A DNA stretch of 56,857 nucleotides, filler included, from Stramenopiles sp. TOSAG23-2 (lineage: Eukaryota): NCBI GenBank assembly GCA_900128395.1. It is 4 parts of 4 records of this genome, joined end to end, with 100 filler letters (N's around TTAATTAATTAA, not from the genome) between each part and the next. Parts side by side here need not be neighbours in the genome. Positions count along the whole stretch, not along the records: positions 28,540 to 42,653 come from LT649770.1; positions 42,754 to 56,857 come from LT649771.1; 2 more parts are not named here. One strand, written 5' to 3'. Made by a program: the position numbers and the translations under genes. The notes under the pieces are model-generated. The model was not told the DNA's origin. It searched no databases and saw only the letters and a program-made list of their open reading frames with translations. This document shows positions 42,281 through 52,793 of this stretch, piece after piece (the first letter of the stretch is position 1; each line of letters begins with the position of its first letter).

Positions 42281-42592
42281 ATGATTCTAAGTGGTACACC
42301 TACGTCGTACAATAATATTAAGTCTGGTAATGGATATGCTACTCCACCACCAACAACAACAACAACAACAACAACCAAAAAATTAATTGGTGTTTCGTCC
42401 ATGTCATTTAATAAATATCCTAGAAAAAAATCAAAGACTAAATTAAGTGAACATCATCATGGTTCTCTTGGTAGTCATTTATATTTAACTCCACAACATA
42501 GTTATAGAAATAGACAACGTAGTATACGCCATCAACAAAATAGACCAATACGTCCATGGGCTACTGAAGAGAAAAAGAAATTACATGAAGCA
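42281..42592 (+). CDS. 5' part of a probable Myb/SANT-domain protein, truncated by a fold-back chimera at the contig end
   Basis: RPWATEEKKKLHEAH resembles the first helix of a Myb/SANT repeat (W-x-x-E-E-x-x-x-L-x-x-A). Sequence after 42592 is an inverted copy of upstream DNA, so the ORF-track stop at 42619 is probably artefactual. Confidence 0.5.
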
Positions 42593-42653
42593 CATGGACG
42601 TATTGGTCTATTTTGTTGATGGCGTATACTACGTTGTCAACAAAATAGACCAA
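42513..42653. repeat. Perfect 46-bp inverted repeat plus switch-back (fold-back chimera)
   Basis: 42593-42638 is the exact reverse complement of 42513-42558; 42637-42653 then repeats 42532-42548 in forward orientation up to the contig end. Confidence 0.92.
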
Positions 42654-42753
42654 NNNNNNNNNNNNNNNNNNNNNNNNNNNNNNNNNNNNNNNNNNNNTTA
42701 ATTAATTAANNNNNNNNNNNNNNNNNNNNNNNNNNNNNNNNNNNNNNNNNNNN
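42654..42753. other. Artificial contig-joining linker (44N-TTAATTAATTAA-44N)
   Basis: Same 100-bp structure as the other two linkers. Confidence 0.98.
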
Positions 42754-42822
42754 CCCCCCCCCCCCCCCCCCCTCTCTTCTACATGCGCGTATATCCCAAA
42801 ATTTACAACTATTTCTCGTTTT

Positions 42823-44457
42823 TTAATAAATTTCAGTCCTCATATGTTTAGGCTTTTTCTTTTCATCTTCAGTACTCGATTTCCATAACCGTGTTGCTGC
42901 TGTTGAACGCATATAGCTTGGGAGAGGCTTTTTATTACTACTATTTACAATTCTACTTCCGGTATTTTTATTATTGTTTTTCCTAGTAGTATTTCTATTT
43001 TGTTGTTGTTTTCTAGCTAATCGTGGTGATGCTTTTGCACGAGAGCCACGTTTTAAATAGGATGTACCACCAACATTATTATTGTTATTACTTCTTGAGT
43101 TATTTTGAAGATTTTTTCTTTGAGCATAATTATTTCGATAACTATTACTATTATTATTATTTCCACCATAAGATGATTGTTTTTTCTGCTTCTTTTTTAA
43201 TAATTTTAATTCTTGTTCATGTTGTGCTATATGCTTTGACAAAGGTGATAATGGCTGTTGATGGTGTTGCTGCTGCTGTTGCTCTTGTTGTTGCATATTT
43301 TCAAGCGGTAATTGAAAGTTTAAATTTAAATTTTGCACACCATTGTTAACAAAATCACTATTATTGTTATTATTATTAATATTATTATTATTATTGTTGC
43401 CACCATCCCCCCATGACATTGTTGTAACAATGCCACTATTATCATCATCGTTCATATTATTATTAGTAGTATTGTAATATTCGCCATTATTTAATTTTGA
43501 TAATGGAAGTGCAGATGTTGGTTGAACTAAAACTCGTTCTGTTCCAGGTGCCAATGATAAATAACTTGTCAACCCACCAGCTCCTGCTGCCATTGCCATA
43601 TTTGCATTTGCTAAATTTCTTCCTGCTCGAATAATTTCTTCTTGTTGTGGTTGTTGACCATCTTTAATCATCAATTCCCCACCACCTCCTCCCGTCTTTT
43701 CCATTTCTTCCCATAATGCCCGTGTAACTCTTCCCGATGTTTCTCGTTCAGATCTCCTTTCAAATATGGTGCGATGGACTGTTGCTGGCTGCTCACATGT
43801 ACAAGTAACCGTTGGAACGAACCCATTACACATGCATCTACCATCCCCGTGAGTGCAAGGTATTGGCCTTCCATTTTTGTCTCTATGTTCTTCTAAATCA
43901 TGTTTACATTGGCACTTAACTGCTCTCCCACCTCTGTGATATACATAATTAAAACAAGTACATTTACAACCTGGTACACGACAATGGACTTTTTTCGATT
44001 GATTCCGATAAAATGCATGTGCGCGGTACGAATGTCCGCAAAAACACCTAGTCATCGGCCCGACATTAACACAATCCATTCCAGTTTTCATATTTCTCCA
44101 AGTACAAAATAATCTATCCTTAGCAGCTTCAAGACAACGTTTTTCCAATTTTCTATATTGTGCCTCAGGCAATGGGTTACCTCCATCAGCCTCACCAACA
44201 ATCATATTATACCGATGATATGCATCTAAGTGCTCCCCGACAGTTGCATCTTTGTATTGATCATTAAAATTCAATGAAGTTGTTCCACCTTCTAATTGTG
44301 CTTGTTGCCTCATACGTTTAATTTTTTTATCCCGTTTATTTCTCCAATCCATATTACGTTGAAAAATCCCAGGTGGAGCTTGGTTTGTTACTAATTGTGC
44401 ATGGTTTTTTGATGGTGCTCTCCGATATTGTACATTATTCGATGCATATTGTGCCAT
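42823..44457 (-). CDS. FAM221A: FAM221A-like (DUF4475) Cys/His-rich protein with low-complexity N/Q-rich tail, 544 aa
   Basis: IVGEADGG, RLFCTWRNMKTGMDCVNVGPMTRCFCGHSYRAH, CKCTCFNYV, CQCKH, CMCNGF..CTCEQP..HRTIFERRSERETSGR. Start moved to MAQY at 44457 because the ORF-track N-terminus translates CA/TA repeats. Confidence 0.8.
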   Translation of the reverse strand: MAQYASNNVQYRRAPSKNHAQLVTNQAPPGIFQRNMDWRNKRDKKIKRMRQQAQLEGGTTSLNFNDQYKDATVGEHLDAYHRYNMIVGEADGGNPLPEAQYRKLEKRCLEAAKDRLFCTWRNMKTGMDCVNVGPMTRCFCGHSYRAHAFYRNQSKKVHCRVPGCKCTCFNYVYHRGGRAVKCQCKHDLEEHRDKNGRPIPCTHGDGRCMCNGFVPTVTCTCEQPATVHRTIFERRSERETSGRVTRALWEEMEKTGGGGGELMIKDGQQPQQEEIIRAGRNLANANMAMAAGAGGLTSYLSLAPGTERVLVQPTSALPLSKLNNGEYYNTTNNNMNDDDNSGIVTTMSWGDGGNNNNNNINNNNNNSDFVNNGVQNLNLNFQLPLENMQQQEQQQQQHHQQPLSPLSKHIAQHEQELKLLKKKQKKQSSYGGNNNNSNSYRNNYAQRKNLQNNSRSNNNNNVGGTSYLKRGSRAKASPRLARKQQQNRNTTRKNNNKNTGSRIVNSSNKKPLPSYMRSTAATRLWKSSTEDEKKKPKHMRTEIY

Positions 44458-45028
44458 GATATATATATAATAATCCTGTATATATATATATATAGATATC
44501 GAGAAATATGTATAGCCATCACACACACACACACAATTCTATTTTTTTTATTTTTGAAATGTATAATTTAATCGAAGAAATGAATATATTTTTTCTAACT
44601 GCCGATGATGATGAAAAAATGCAACTTTTTTGATGACCCCGTACTCAAAAATCTATTTATATAGGTAAAAATATGCGGCATGTATACCACACATACAGTA
44701 CTCGTATTTAACATACCATACTATAATACTATTACGACTTATATAAGTGTTGAAGTATTTTTTAAGTCCTAGCATAGACACAATGGGGTGAAAGTCCGTA
44801 CTATCAAAAGAAAATTGGCGGTAGTGCACCCCTTAAATCTTGAATATTTTCGTATTTTCGAAAATGTTAAGGTAAAATTGCCATAAGATTAACAATTCTC
44901 CCTTTTTTTTAACACGTATTTCAATTATTCATTCAAATAATAATTGAAAAATACAAAAAACATATACTATACTAGCGATAGATATAGAAAATATAGAAAG
45001 TAAACAACAAACAACAATAAACAGCAAG

Positions 45029-46129
45029 ATGGCAGCAACGGTTAAACCATTTTCAAGTGCAGCAACATTTACGTTTAAAAAGCCCGTTCCAACGGAAAAA
45101 CCATTAACAGGGTTTTCGGAACAATTTTTAACCCGTTTAAAAGAAATTGAAGGAAAAACAAAAACAATTAATTTAAAAAGTGGAAGGAAGATATGTTATT
45201 TTGATGAGTCGGGCAAGTCTACCAATGGTAAACCACTTGCTGTTGTCCTGTGTATCCATGGGTTAGGGCAAGGAAAAGAGCTTTGGATGTTTCCAGAGCC
45301 ACTTCCAAATGTACGCTTAATTGCAATAGATAGAATTGGTTATGGATCCTCCTCTCCGCAACCACATCGATATGGTTTTAAAGAAAGTTGTGATGAAATT
45401 AATGAGTTGTTGGAAAAAATTGATGGGGTAGATAAATTTTATATTGTTGGACACAGTGCTGGTGGTGCGACAACACAAGCTGCTGCTGCTGAGTTAGGAG
45501 GCGGTGACAACGATGGCCGCGTACTTGGTTATGCTTCTTTGTCAGGCATGTGCGATATGTATCATGAGAAAGGCCCAAAAGTAAATTCAAAAGAATGGAA
45601 AAAAATGAATGCATACGGTGGAAGTTTAGCAAAAGCATGTGGTCCAAATCCTGGCTGCTGTAGTGGAACAATACGCAATTGTTTTTTAGTTTCAATATTA
45701 GGAAACATGTTGTTTTTCCCGAATAAAGACCAAGACCCTGGGTTTTGTAGTTTGTATACAAGTAGTATGCGAAAGGAAGATGGTGGGTGTGATCGTACAT
45801 GGAGCGCAATGGATAAAGATTCATTTTTTGTTGAAAAATATATATATGCAGTTCTTCATGGTTGTGTTGATAAATTTTCCGTACTAGGCGATATATGGCG
45901 TTTATTAGGTATCTGGGATGTAGATATTTCTAAATTTAAAGGGCATTGTGTGATATACAATGGAACGGGCGAAACAACGCCTGAACCAGCAGCAGAAAAT
46001 ATTCATAAAATTGTTTCCCAATCTGAATTGGTCATTATGGAAGGGCATGGGCATACCACGATATGTATGGAAACGGAAGGGATTATAAGTGCATTGATTG
46101 AAGGGAAAAGTGCTAAACAGTTGTATTGA
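45029..46129 (+). CDS. Alpha/beta-fold hydrolase, 366 aa
   Basis: LKSGRKICY, VLCIHGLG, IAIDRIGYGSS, nucleophile elbow VGHSAGG, C-terminal EGHGH. Confidence 0.88.
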   Translation: MAATVKPFSSAATFTFKKPVPTEKPLTGFSEQFLTRLKEIEGKTKTINLKSGRKICYFDESGKSTNGKPLAVVLCIHGLGQGKELWMFPEPLPNVRLIAIDRIGYGSSSPQPHRYGFKESCDEINELLEKIDGVDKFYIVGHSAGGATTQAAAAELGGGDNDGRVLGYASLSGMCDMYHEKGPKVNSKEWKKMNAYGGSLAKACGPNPGCCSGTIRNCFLVSILGNMLFFPNKDQDPGFCSLYTSSMRKEDGGCDRTWSAMDKDSFFVEKYIYAVLHGCVDKFSVLGDIWRLLGIWDVDISKFKGHCVIYNGTGETTPEPAAENIHKIVSQSELVIMEGHGHTTICMETEGIISALIEGKSAKQLY

Positions 46130-46432
46130 TATATTATTTTTAATCTTTGTATAATGTTGTTAATGTGTTTCTTTTGCCATAATATAAATAATATTAATAT
46201 GATCATTTTACCAGGTAGATTTTTATATAGATGAATGTGGTGTGTGGTGTTTAAATAGGTTAATATTTTAAGTACATTTATCAGTATACTTTTACAAATT
46301 TAATACCCCCCCCCCCAAAAAACACAAATTCATCACAACTAAAAACAAAATTATAATATATACTAAAGCAAGAAGATATATAGAAATATAGAAACATAAG
46401 AAACAAACGATGAAAATTATTTAATAACAGCC

Positions 46433-47611
46433 ATGACATCAATAGCAACGTCTACGAATACGAACAACAATAAAGCAACTAACGAACCGCTGCCACATCC
46501 AACGAAAGAACATATTGATAATTGTCAATTTCATAAATGGTACAATTTACATCAAAATATTAAAAAATGTACAATACGTTCGATAATAATACCAATGTCA
46601 AAACAATTTGTTAAATATTTAAATGAAGATGGGATCAAGTTGCCAAAAGTACCTAATGGCATGACAGTATCGCCATTTGATCCTAGGCATGAAAAACCAA
46701 TTGCAGACGATGATGAATGGAATGATTATGAAGATGACGACGAGGAGGAAGAAGAAGATACGTTCAATTATTGCTTTCCTGAATTTGAAGATAAAATAAA
46801 TAAAGCTATTAAAAAATTAGGTGGTAAAGTATTTGTGAAAACAAATTGGAGTTCTCCCAGGGATGCCAAGTGGGTTAGTGGTACATTAGAATGCCAAACA
46901 CCTGGTGAAATATATTTATTATTGAAAAGTTCAGATTTCATTTCATATGATTTGTCACATGCATATGATTTAGTGCAAGAAACGGATAATAATAATGATG
47001 GAAAAAAAGAAATGTTATTGACGATGAACAATAATATTGATGCTAAAAAAACAACACAAGAAGAAGAAAATCTTATAACAACAACAACAAAATCAAAAGA
47101 AGAAGAAGATAGTACTTTGTATCTCGTAATTCGAAAATGGGGTAATTTATATCCTTCACAAGAATTTAGATGTTTTGTAAAGCAAAATAAATTAATTATG
47201 ACAACACAACGTGATCCTACAAAATGTTATCCATTTTTAGTAAATCAAAAAAATAAATATAAACCACTTGTAGAAACATTTTTTGATGAATATATTTTAA
47301 ATATATTTCCAGATGAGAATTATTCATTTGATATTTATATTGATAGGAAAAATCGTATTTGGTTATTAGATTTCAATGTATATAGTCGTGCAACTGATGC
47401 ATTGTTATTTACATGGGATAAAATATTAAAGTTCAATGTGGTAGTAGATGAAAAAAACCACGAGCAACATGAATTTCGAATTGTAATGGATGAAAGCCAA
47501 GTAAAAAGTTCACAATTAACCATGCATAAAGTACCTGCTGAATTTGTAAATAATCCGAAAAATTTCATTGAAGAATTTGTAGATAAATATAGAAATGGTG
47601 AGATTGAGTAA
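46433..47611 (+). CDS. CDC123: Cell division cycle protein 123 (D123; eIF2 assembly factor), 392 aa
   Basis: CQFHKWY, FVKYLNEDGI, FPEFE..AIKKLGGKVFVKTNWSSPRDAKW, LLLKSSDFISYDL, LVIRKW..EFRCFVK, FDIYID..WLLDFN..TDALLFTW. Confidence 0.95.
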   Translation: MTSIATSTNTNNNKATNEPLPHPTKEHIDNCQFHKWYNLHQNIKKCTIRSIIIPMSKQFVKYLNEDGIKLPKVPNGMTVSPFDPRHEKPIADDDEWNDYEDDDEEEEEDTFNYCFPEFEDKINKAIKKLGGKVFVKTNWSSPRDAKWVSGTLECQTPGEIYLLLKSSDFISYDLSHAYDLVQETDNNNDGKKEMLLTMNNNIDAKKTTQEEENLITTTTKSKEEEDSTLYLVIRKWGNLYPSQEFRCFVKQNKLIMTTQRDPTKCYPFLVNQKNKYKPLVETFFDEYILNIFPDENYSFDIYIDRKNRIWLLDFNVYSRATDALLFTWDKILKFNVVVDEKNHEQHEFRIVMDESQVKSSQLTMHKVPAEFVNNPKNFIEEFVDKYRNGEIE

Positions 47612-48184
47612 ACAAATGCGCGTGAATATCATAGGGTGGAAATGCAGTTTAAAATAATGTACGAGTATATACGAGAGTATTAAATATATTAATTGCGAAA
47701 AGTACTGAAGTATTTTTATACGAAGTATACTCGTCGTGTATCATATAAGAAGTGTGTATAATTAAAAATTATTACTGCTATGCATACACTCCGTTTTTAT
47801 TGAGAAAATCAAAAGATATATATTTTTAAAATATGTCATATGATATTATAAATTAAATATCATATATTATGATGTGGTTAAAATCTAAGTTATAATATTT
47901 TTACACTTCTCGTGTTAAGTAATATGCTCAATACTCAATCGCAAGAATAATATATGTTATCCTACTATAGTAAAGCTCTAATGCACCTCTGCAAACTAAT
48001 ACTCTACAAGCACAAGTAGGTTTCTATCCTTCCAACATGTTCGAACGTAACATATAATATGATATTATAAAATATAAAAATAAATTATGCGTAAATTAAA
48101 TTAAAAATATACCGTCGAATATATTTTTAAATGAAATTTTTTAAAAATTGTTCTAAATATAAGACGAATTGTACCAAACTTCCG

Positions 48185-48213
<29 letters not shown>
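48185..48213. repeat. (AC)n microsatellite just 3' of the F-box gene stop
   Basis: Visible dinucleotide run. Confidence 0.9.
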
Positions 48214-48216
<3 letters not shown>

Positions 48217-50205
48217 TCATAGAGAAACTGTCTCCCCGATCACATCTTGTACAGAACCAATATCAATAATTCCAATTCGACTCTCGTTGAATGGATCTGA
48301 TCGCAATGCTCGATCGAACTGATCATCATTTAACTGCATCCAATGACGTAACAATTCGCTTTCTCTGTTTTGATTTACATATGAAATGTCAGATCTAGCA
48401 ACACCTAGTAGTGTTAAATCACTATTTCCTCCTTCGCTTGGAAAAATAGAAGCTCTGCTTATTTCACGTACAAATGTATTTAATTTCAACATTCGACATA
48501 ATATTTGCAATCTAGCTATCCGTAATACAATAGAATCCATTATATTATTTTGTTGTGATAACACACGCAAATGATCATTATTTGCTTGCTTTGTCCAAAT
48601 CAATATTCGTATGGAAATAAACGAATACAAAGAAAACAATGAAGATGTATCTTCCGTTGGTGTACGACAAATGTTCGCTGATATTCGTGTTATAATATTG
48701 AGGAAATTAGTTGGTTGCAAATATTCCATGAATCGCGCCTCATTTTGAAAGTTCATGGCAGCTCCCATCACTCTGCGCATAATTTGAAAACAATCATCTT
48801 TGTCCAATATTCTTCCTTTGTCAAATGCATCTATATAAATAACTTTTTCTACAGGCCATGCACAAATAAATATGCCATCATCCTCACCAGTTGGTTTATA
48901 GCTTGAAATGAAATGCCCTGGCATGCCTACAGGATGGAAATTTTTCATCCCAAGTCGCTGTGTAATGGCAAGAAATAAAATTGTTAATGATATTGGTATA
49001 CCTTTACGTTTATTGCTTCCTAATAAAATGTGATCTAAAAAAGAATTTTCACGTTTATAATAATCATTTCCTGTGCTACCTTTAATGCAACACCGTTCAA
49101 ATAAAATTTCACTCACATCTTTTATAACATCATGTGGTGGTCGTCTACTTAGTATGATTTCATCATTATTATTGCTATTTACAATTGTTTGAAATGCATT
49201 TTGACATTTTATTGGATCATTCTTGTATGTAGATTCATTTAGTAATGCTTTCATTATTAATATATTTTTAATAGTATCAGCTAATCTATCCAATTCATGT
49301 TTAATTGCAATTTGTCCATATGGAAAAATAAAATCTTTATTACTAAATGGAACAAAAATTTGTAATAGATCATCCCATTGATAATTAAATCTTGTCCTTG
49401 TTGGATCATTATTATCATTTTCGTTTTTCAATATGCCATCAGTACTCATATTCGTATTTATATTATTAATAGTTGTAAATGGCGAAACATGATGATCATC
49501 AACCATTTTATTTAACAAAGTATATGTTTGTCTATGAATTCCAATCCATAATAAAATATCACATCTATAGTTAAATGGTTTTCTATATGCATATGCCAAA
49601 CGATTTCCTAGTATTTTATTGTTTAATTTTGTTAAATATGTTACTACTGATTCAGGATGTCTTGCTAAAAAACTTAGCGAGACAGATGAAAATGGTGATC
49701 CTGTTTCTAATGCATTTTGTAATTTATTTATTATACATGTTGAAATAAATTTACAACGCTTTATGAATTCACGTTTGACATCTTCACGTTTCTTTTGGGT
49801 ATAAACATTATGATTTATATTTGGATTCCCAGTAACATTGGCAAAGAAAAACTGTTTTTTACTTTCATTTGTGATAGAATTGATGCCTGGCACCCATGTA
49901 AAATTATACATGTCCCACTGTTCAATTATTTCATCTTCATCCATTGTATCATATTTACTAAAACCATATCGATGATAATCTGCAAATTTTGAAAAAAATA
50001 AATTATACCAAATATCATCACAAGCTTCTAATATTTTAGACCATGTTTTACATACCAGGTTACATGCTAATATATTCTTTATATCTGCACTAGGCATGAA
50101 ATTGAATACAATTGATAATAATTCTTTATTCAATAAAACATCTAGTGTTGTATCGTCGTTGTCGTTGTTGTTATTATCTTTTACTTCATTTGCAATGGAG
50201 GCCAT
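48217..50205 (-). CDS. F-box protein with SirB1/transglutaminase-like domain (FBXO21-like), 662 aa
   Basis: F-box LNKELLSIVFNFM..ACNLVCKTWSKI..DDIW; SirB1-type GSTGNDYYKRENSFLDHIL..RKGIPISLTILFLAITQRLG..VGMPGHF..IYIDAFDKGRIL. Confidence 0.85.
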   Translation of the reverse strand: MASIANEVKDNNNNDNDDTTLDVLLNKELLSIVFNFMPSADIKNILACNLVCKTWSKILEACDDIWYNLFFSKFADYHRYGFSKYDTMDEDEIIEQWDMYNFTWVPGINSITNESKKQFFFANVTGNPNINHNVYTQKKREDVKREFIKRCKFISTCIINKLQNALETGSPFSSVSLSFLARHPESVVTYLTKLNNKILGNRLAYAYRKPFNYRCDILLWIGIHRQTYTLLNKMVDDHHVSPFTTINNINTNMSTDGILKNENDNNDPTRTRFNYQWDDLLQIFVPFSNKDFIFPYGQIAIKHELDRLADTIKNILIMKALLNESTYKNDPIKCQNAFQTIVNSNNNDEIILSRRPPHDVIKDVSEILFERCCIKGSTGNDYYKRENSFLDHILLGSNKRKGIPISLTILFLAITQRLGMKNFHPVGMPGHFISSYKPTGEDDGIFICAWPVEKVIYIDAFDKGRILDKDDCFQIMRRVMGAAMNFQNEARFMEYLQPTNFLNIITRISANICRTPTEDTSSLFSLYSFISIRILIWTKQANNDHLRVLSQQNNIMDSIVLRIARLQILCRMLKLNTFVREISRASIFPSEGGNSDLTLLGVARSDISYVNQNRESELLRHWMQLNDDQFDRALRSDPFNESRIGIIDIGSVQDVIGETVSL

Positions 50206-50720
50206 ATTGATGATGTCTTAAATTAATTTATTTTTTCGTCGTCACAAAAATATATATTATTTATGTACGTCACTGTACAATATTCTCTCAAATATATATG
50301 TATTGTTTTTTAATTATAAAATGTCTACAATCGGTAATAACAATCACGTTTCTATTGATTTTGTTTTTGTTCATCAAAATGATTATCATATGTGAACACA
50401 CTCTTCATACAATAATATAAATACTTTTGAATTTTTATAATAAATGTTCTAATTCTAATTTATTATTTTATTATTCGACGAAGATCTGATATTCTAATTT
50501 TCCATTCAAGTATACATTATGGTCATTTGATAGTGAGATTGAGGCGACAGCCTGACACAGCACTATGGTTAGAGTGTCGACTCTTTTCTTTATATATTTG
50601 GTGCTTTGATTGATTAAAATAATGTTTAAATATTAGTTTATATTTTTTAAAAATACCTTTTTATATACCAAACCATTTTTATTTTTACACTCTTGATATT
50701 TATGGACCGCTCAATTGTGT

Positions 50721-51377
50721 TTAAAGATCTTTGTATAACATTTGCGCTTCTTTTTTATTGAATTTTTTATATTGATTTGCAGCTTGGTTGTATTTATTTG
50801 TATTGTTTCTAGTATGATATGCAACAAAATTTTTCCATTCTTTTTTTGGGCTGGCTAATGTATTCATAACAGCATCAAGTGCATCGTTCATACCCATCAT
50901 TTCAAAGATATTTTTTGGTCTCTTTCTTTGCCTTTGCTTTGTTTGCAAAGCTGAACATGATTTTGAGCTACCTAATGATCGACGTCTTGGGGGTTTCTCT
51001 CTCTTTAGAACATTCTTGCTGTTGGAAGAGATATGTTCTTTTCCTACGGATTTTACATTTTTGTTTTTGCTACAATTATCACCACCATAAATATAGTTTT
51101 TGTGCTCTTGTGCTAATTTAGTTTTTACATGTTTCCTACATTTACCACTTTTATTAAGATATGATAATTCTGGAGTATATCTCCCAGCTTTTCTTAAATT
51201 TTTTGGCGCAGATGTTAATTTTTTTAATTGCACATGTAGACTTTTTGGAGTTGGAATTTGATTCACATTATTGCTATTGAAGTTGATTACATTAAGTGCA
51301 GCTACATTTGCTGATACGTTTCTTTGTCTGCCAAAGGCATTCATTTTGTTATAATTATAATTTGCAATGCTTGTCAT
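50721..51377 (-). CDS. Hypothetical basic protein, 218 aa
   Basis: 654-nt open frame with ATG in an A-rich context; Lys/Arg/Asn-rich; no recognised domain. Confidence 0.55.
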   Translation of the reverse strand: MTSIANYNYNKMNAFGRQRNVSANVAALNVINFNSNNVNQIPTPKSLHVQLKKLTSAPKNLRKAGRYTPELSYLNKSGKCRKHVKTKLAQEHKNYIYGGDNCSKNKNVKSVGKEHISSNSKNVLKREKPPRRRSLGSSKSCSALQTKQRQRKRPKNIFEMMGMNDALDAVMNTLASPKKEWKNFVAYHTRNNTNKYNQAANQYKKFNKKEAQMLYKDL

Positions 51378-52050
51378 AGTTGTTTCTTATTTCAGTTTTC
51401 TTTTACAATTCGAAATTTAGTTTTGTGTGTTTGTTTTACTTTTATTGATTTTGGTTTGTCTGTTATAATAAATGATTTCTTTCAAATGATTTTATTGTTT
51501 CTATTATATCTTTTTCGGTGTATGTAGATATATATGTGTATATCTGTTTTGTATCTATTGCACCACCTATTTGTATATATTAGTGCTATTGTGCGTGAAT
51601 TTCAACAAAAGATTTGATATCGGTTGGTTACAATGCTATTTACATAGTATTATAACGTGTCCAAATATAAAAGACCGGAACCTGGGTATTTATATTTAGT
51701 ACAATATTTCTTGTAGTCAAATTAATCCTATCAACTGTCTATCGGTTTTTATCATTTGATGGACACATTTTTCTTCTCTTCTTGTGCTCTGATGCACCTC
51801 TTCTTTTTTGAATTTGTGTTGGCACGTTTTGCTTTATGTTGCTTTGTGCATTTGTTGTAATAATAATATATTTGTATTTATTATAATTTCGAAATAATTA
51901 TATTATGAACATACTGGATATATATATACAGAATAAGACAAGCATATCAACACATACATTCACAACTAGATATATATATATATATAAATTCAATCAAAAA
52001 AGAACCACCTCTGATACATATAGCTATATATACATAGATATCTACAAACA

Positions 52051-52412
52051 ATGTTCAAAATGAAAAGCCCACATTACCTCATATTATTATTGATAATAAT
52101 AATATCACCAACAATTATTATATCAACAGAAACATATAATTTTTTTTCAAATACATCACCATATCATAATGATAATGAAAACGACTATTACGATGGCGAA
52201 TTTAGTAAACTTATTATGAAGATTTCTATTTAAATCAATTTTTACAATCATCAAGTGAAAATAGAGTCAAACAATTTTGTATGCATGGTATGACAAGTGC
52301 TATGTATGAAGGAAGTAGTACTTTCTGTTTGGAAGAGACAAATAGGTTAAAAACAAATTTCGTTGAAAGAAAATTACATTTAAGAAATGGCTACGATCAT
52401 ATTGATTTATAG
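52051..52412 (+). pseudogene. Frameshifted small secreted-protein gene (pseudogene or 1-bp assembly error)
   Basis: Signal-like MKSPHYLILLLIIIISPTIIIS; adding one A in the AAA run at 52207-52209 extends the frame by ~66 codons (YYEDFYLNQFLQSSSENRVKQFCMHG..GYDHIDL*) to TAG 52410-52412. Confidence 0.35.
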
Positions 52413-52491
52413 TAGATGATGAAGCAGAAAATTACATTTAAGAAATGGCTACGATCATATTGATTTTTACTGTATAGTAGATGATGAAGCA
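52368..52491. repeat. Direct tandem duplication (58-bp unit, second copy with 7-bp insertion)
   Basis: AGAAAATTACATTTAAGAAATGGCTACGATCATATTGATTT..ATAGTAGATGATGAAGC at 52368 and 52426. Confidence 0.9.
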
Positions 52492-52793
52492 TGAAGCCAT
52501 GAAGAAAACTAATATATCGTAATCTAATTTCGGCTCAAGTATAAATTAATTAATATTTGATAGCCAGATGATAGCACCACCATACCAGCAGATTGGCTAC
52601 AAAAAAAAAAAACAGTCCGTCCTTGTTGTGTATTTTAATTTATTCATTTATATTATAAAAAGTGAGGAAAAAACAATAATACATGTAGATAGATACAGAT
52701 AGATATAGATATGTAGATGTGTAGAGGATGCAAAGGAAGAGATATACAGATATAATATAATATAGTATATATCGTATCATATTGTTAGTGACC

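Noticed and set aside
52368-52491. CRISPR-like array (also considered for 8400-8587 and 14012-14195)
   Set aside because: Only two adjacent copies with no unique spacers, no cas genes; the 126-bp repeats are TPR coding units.
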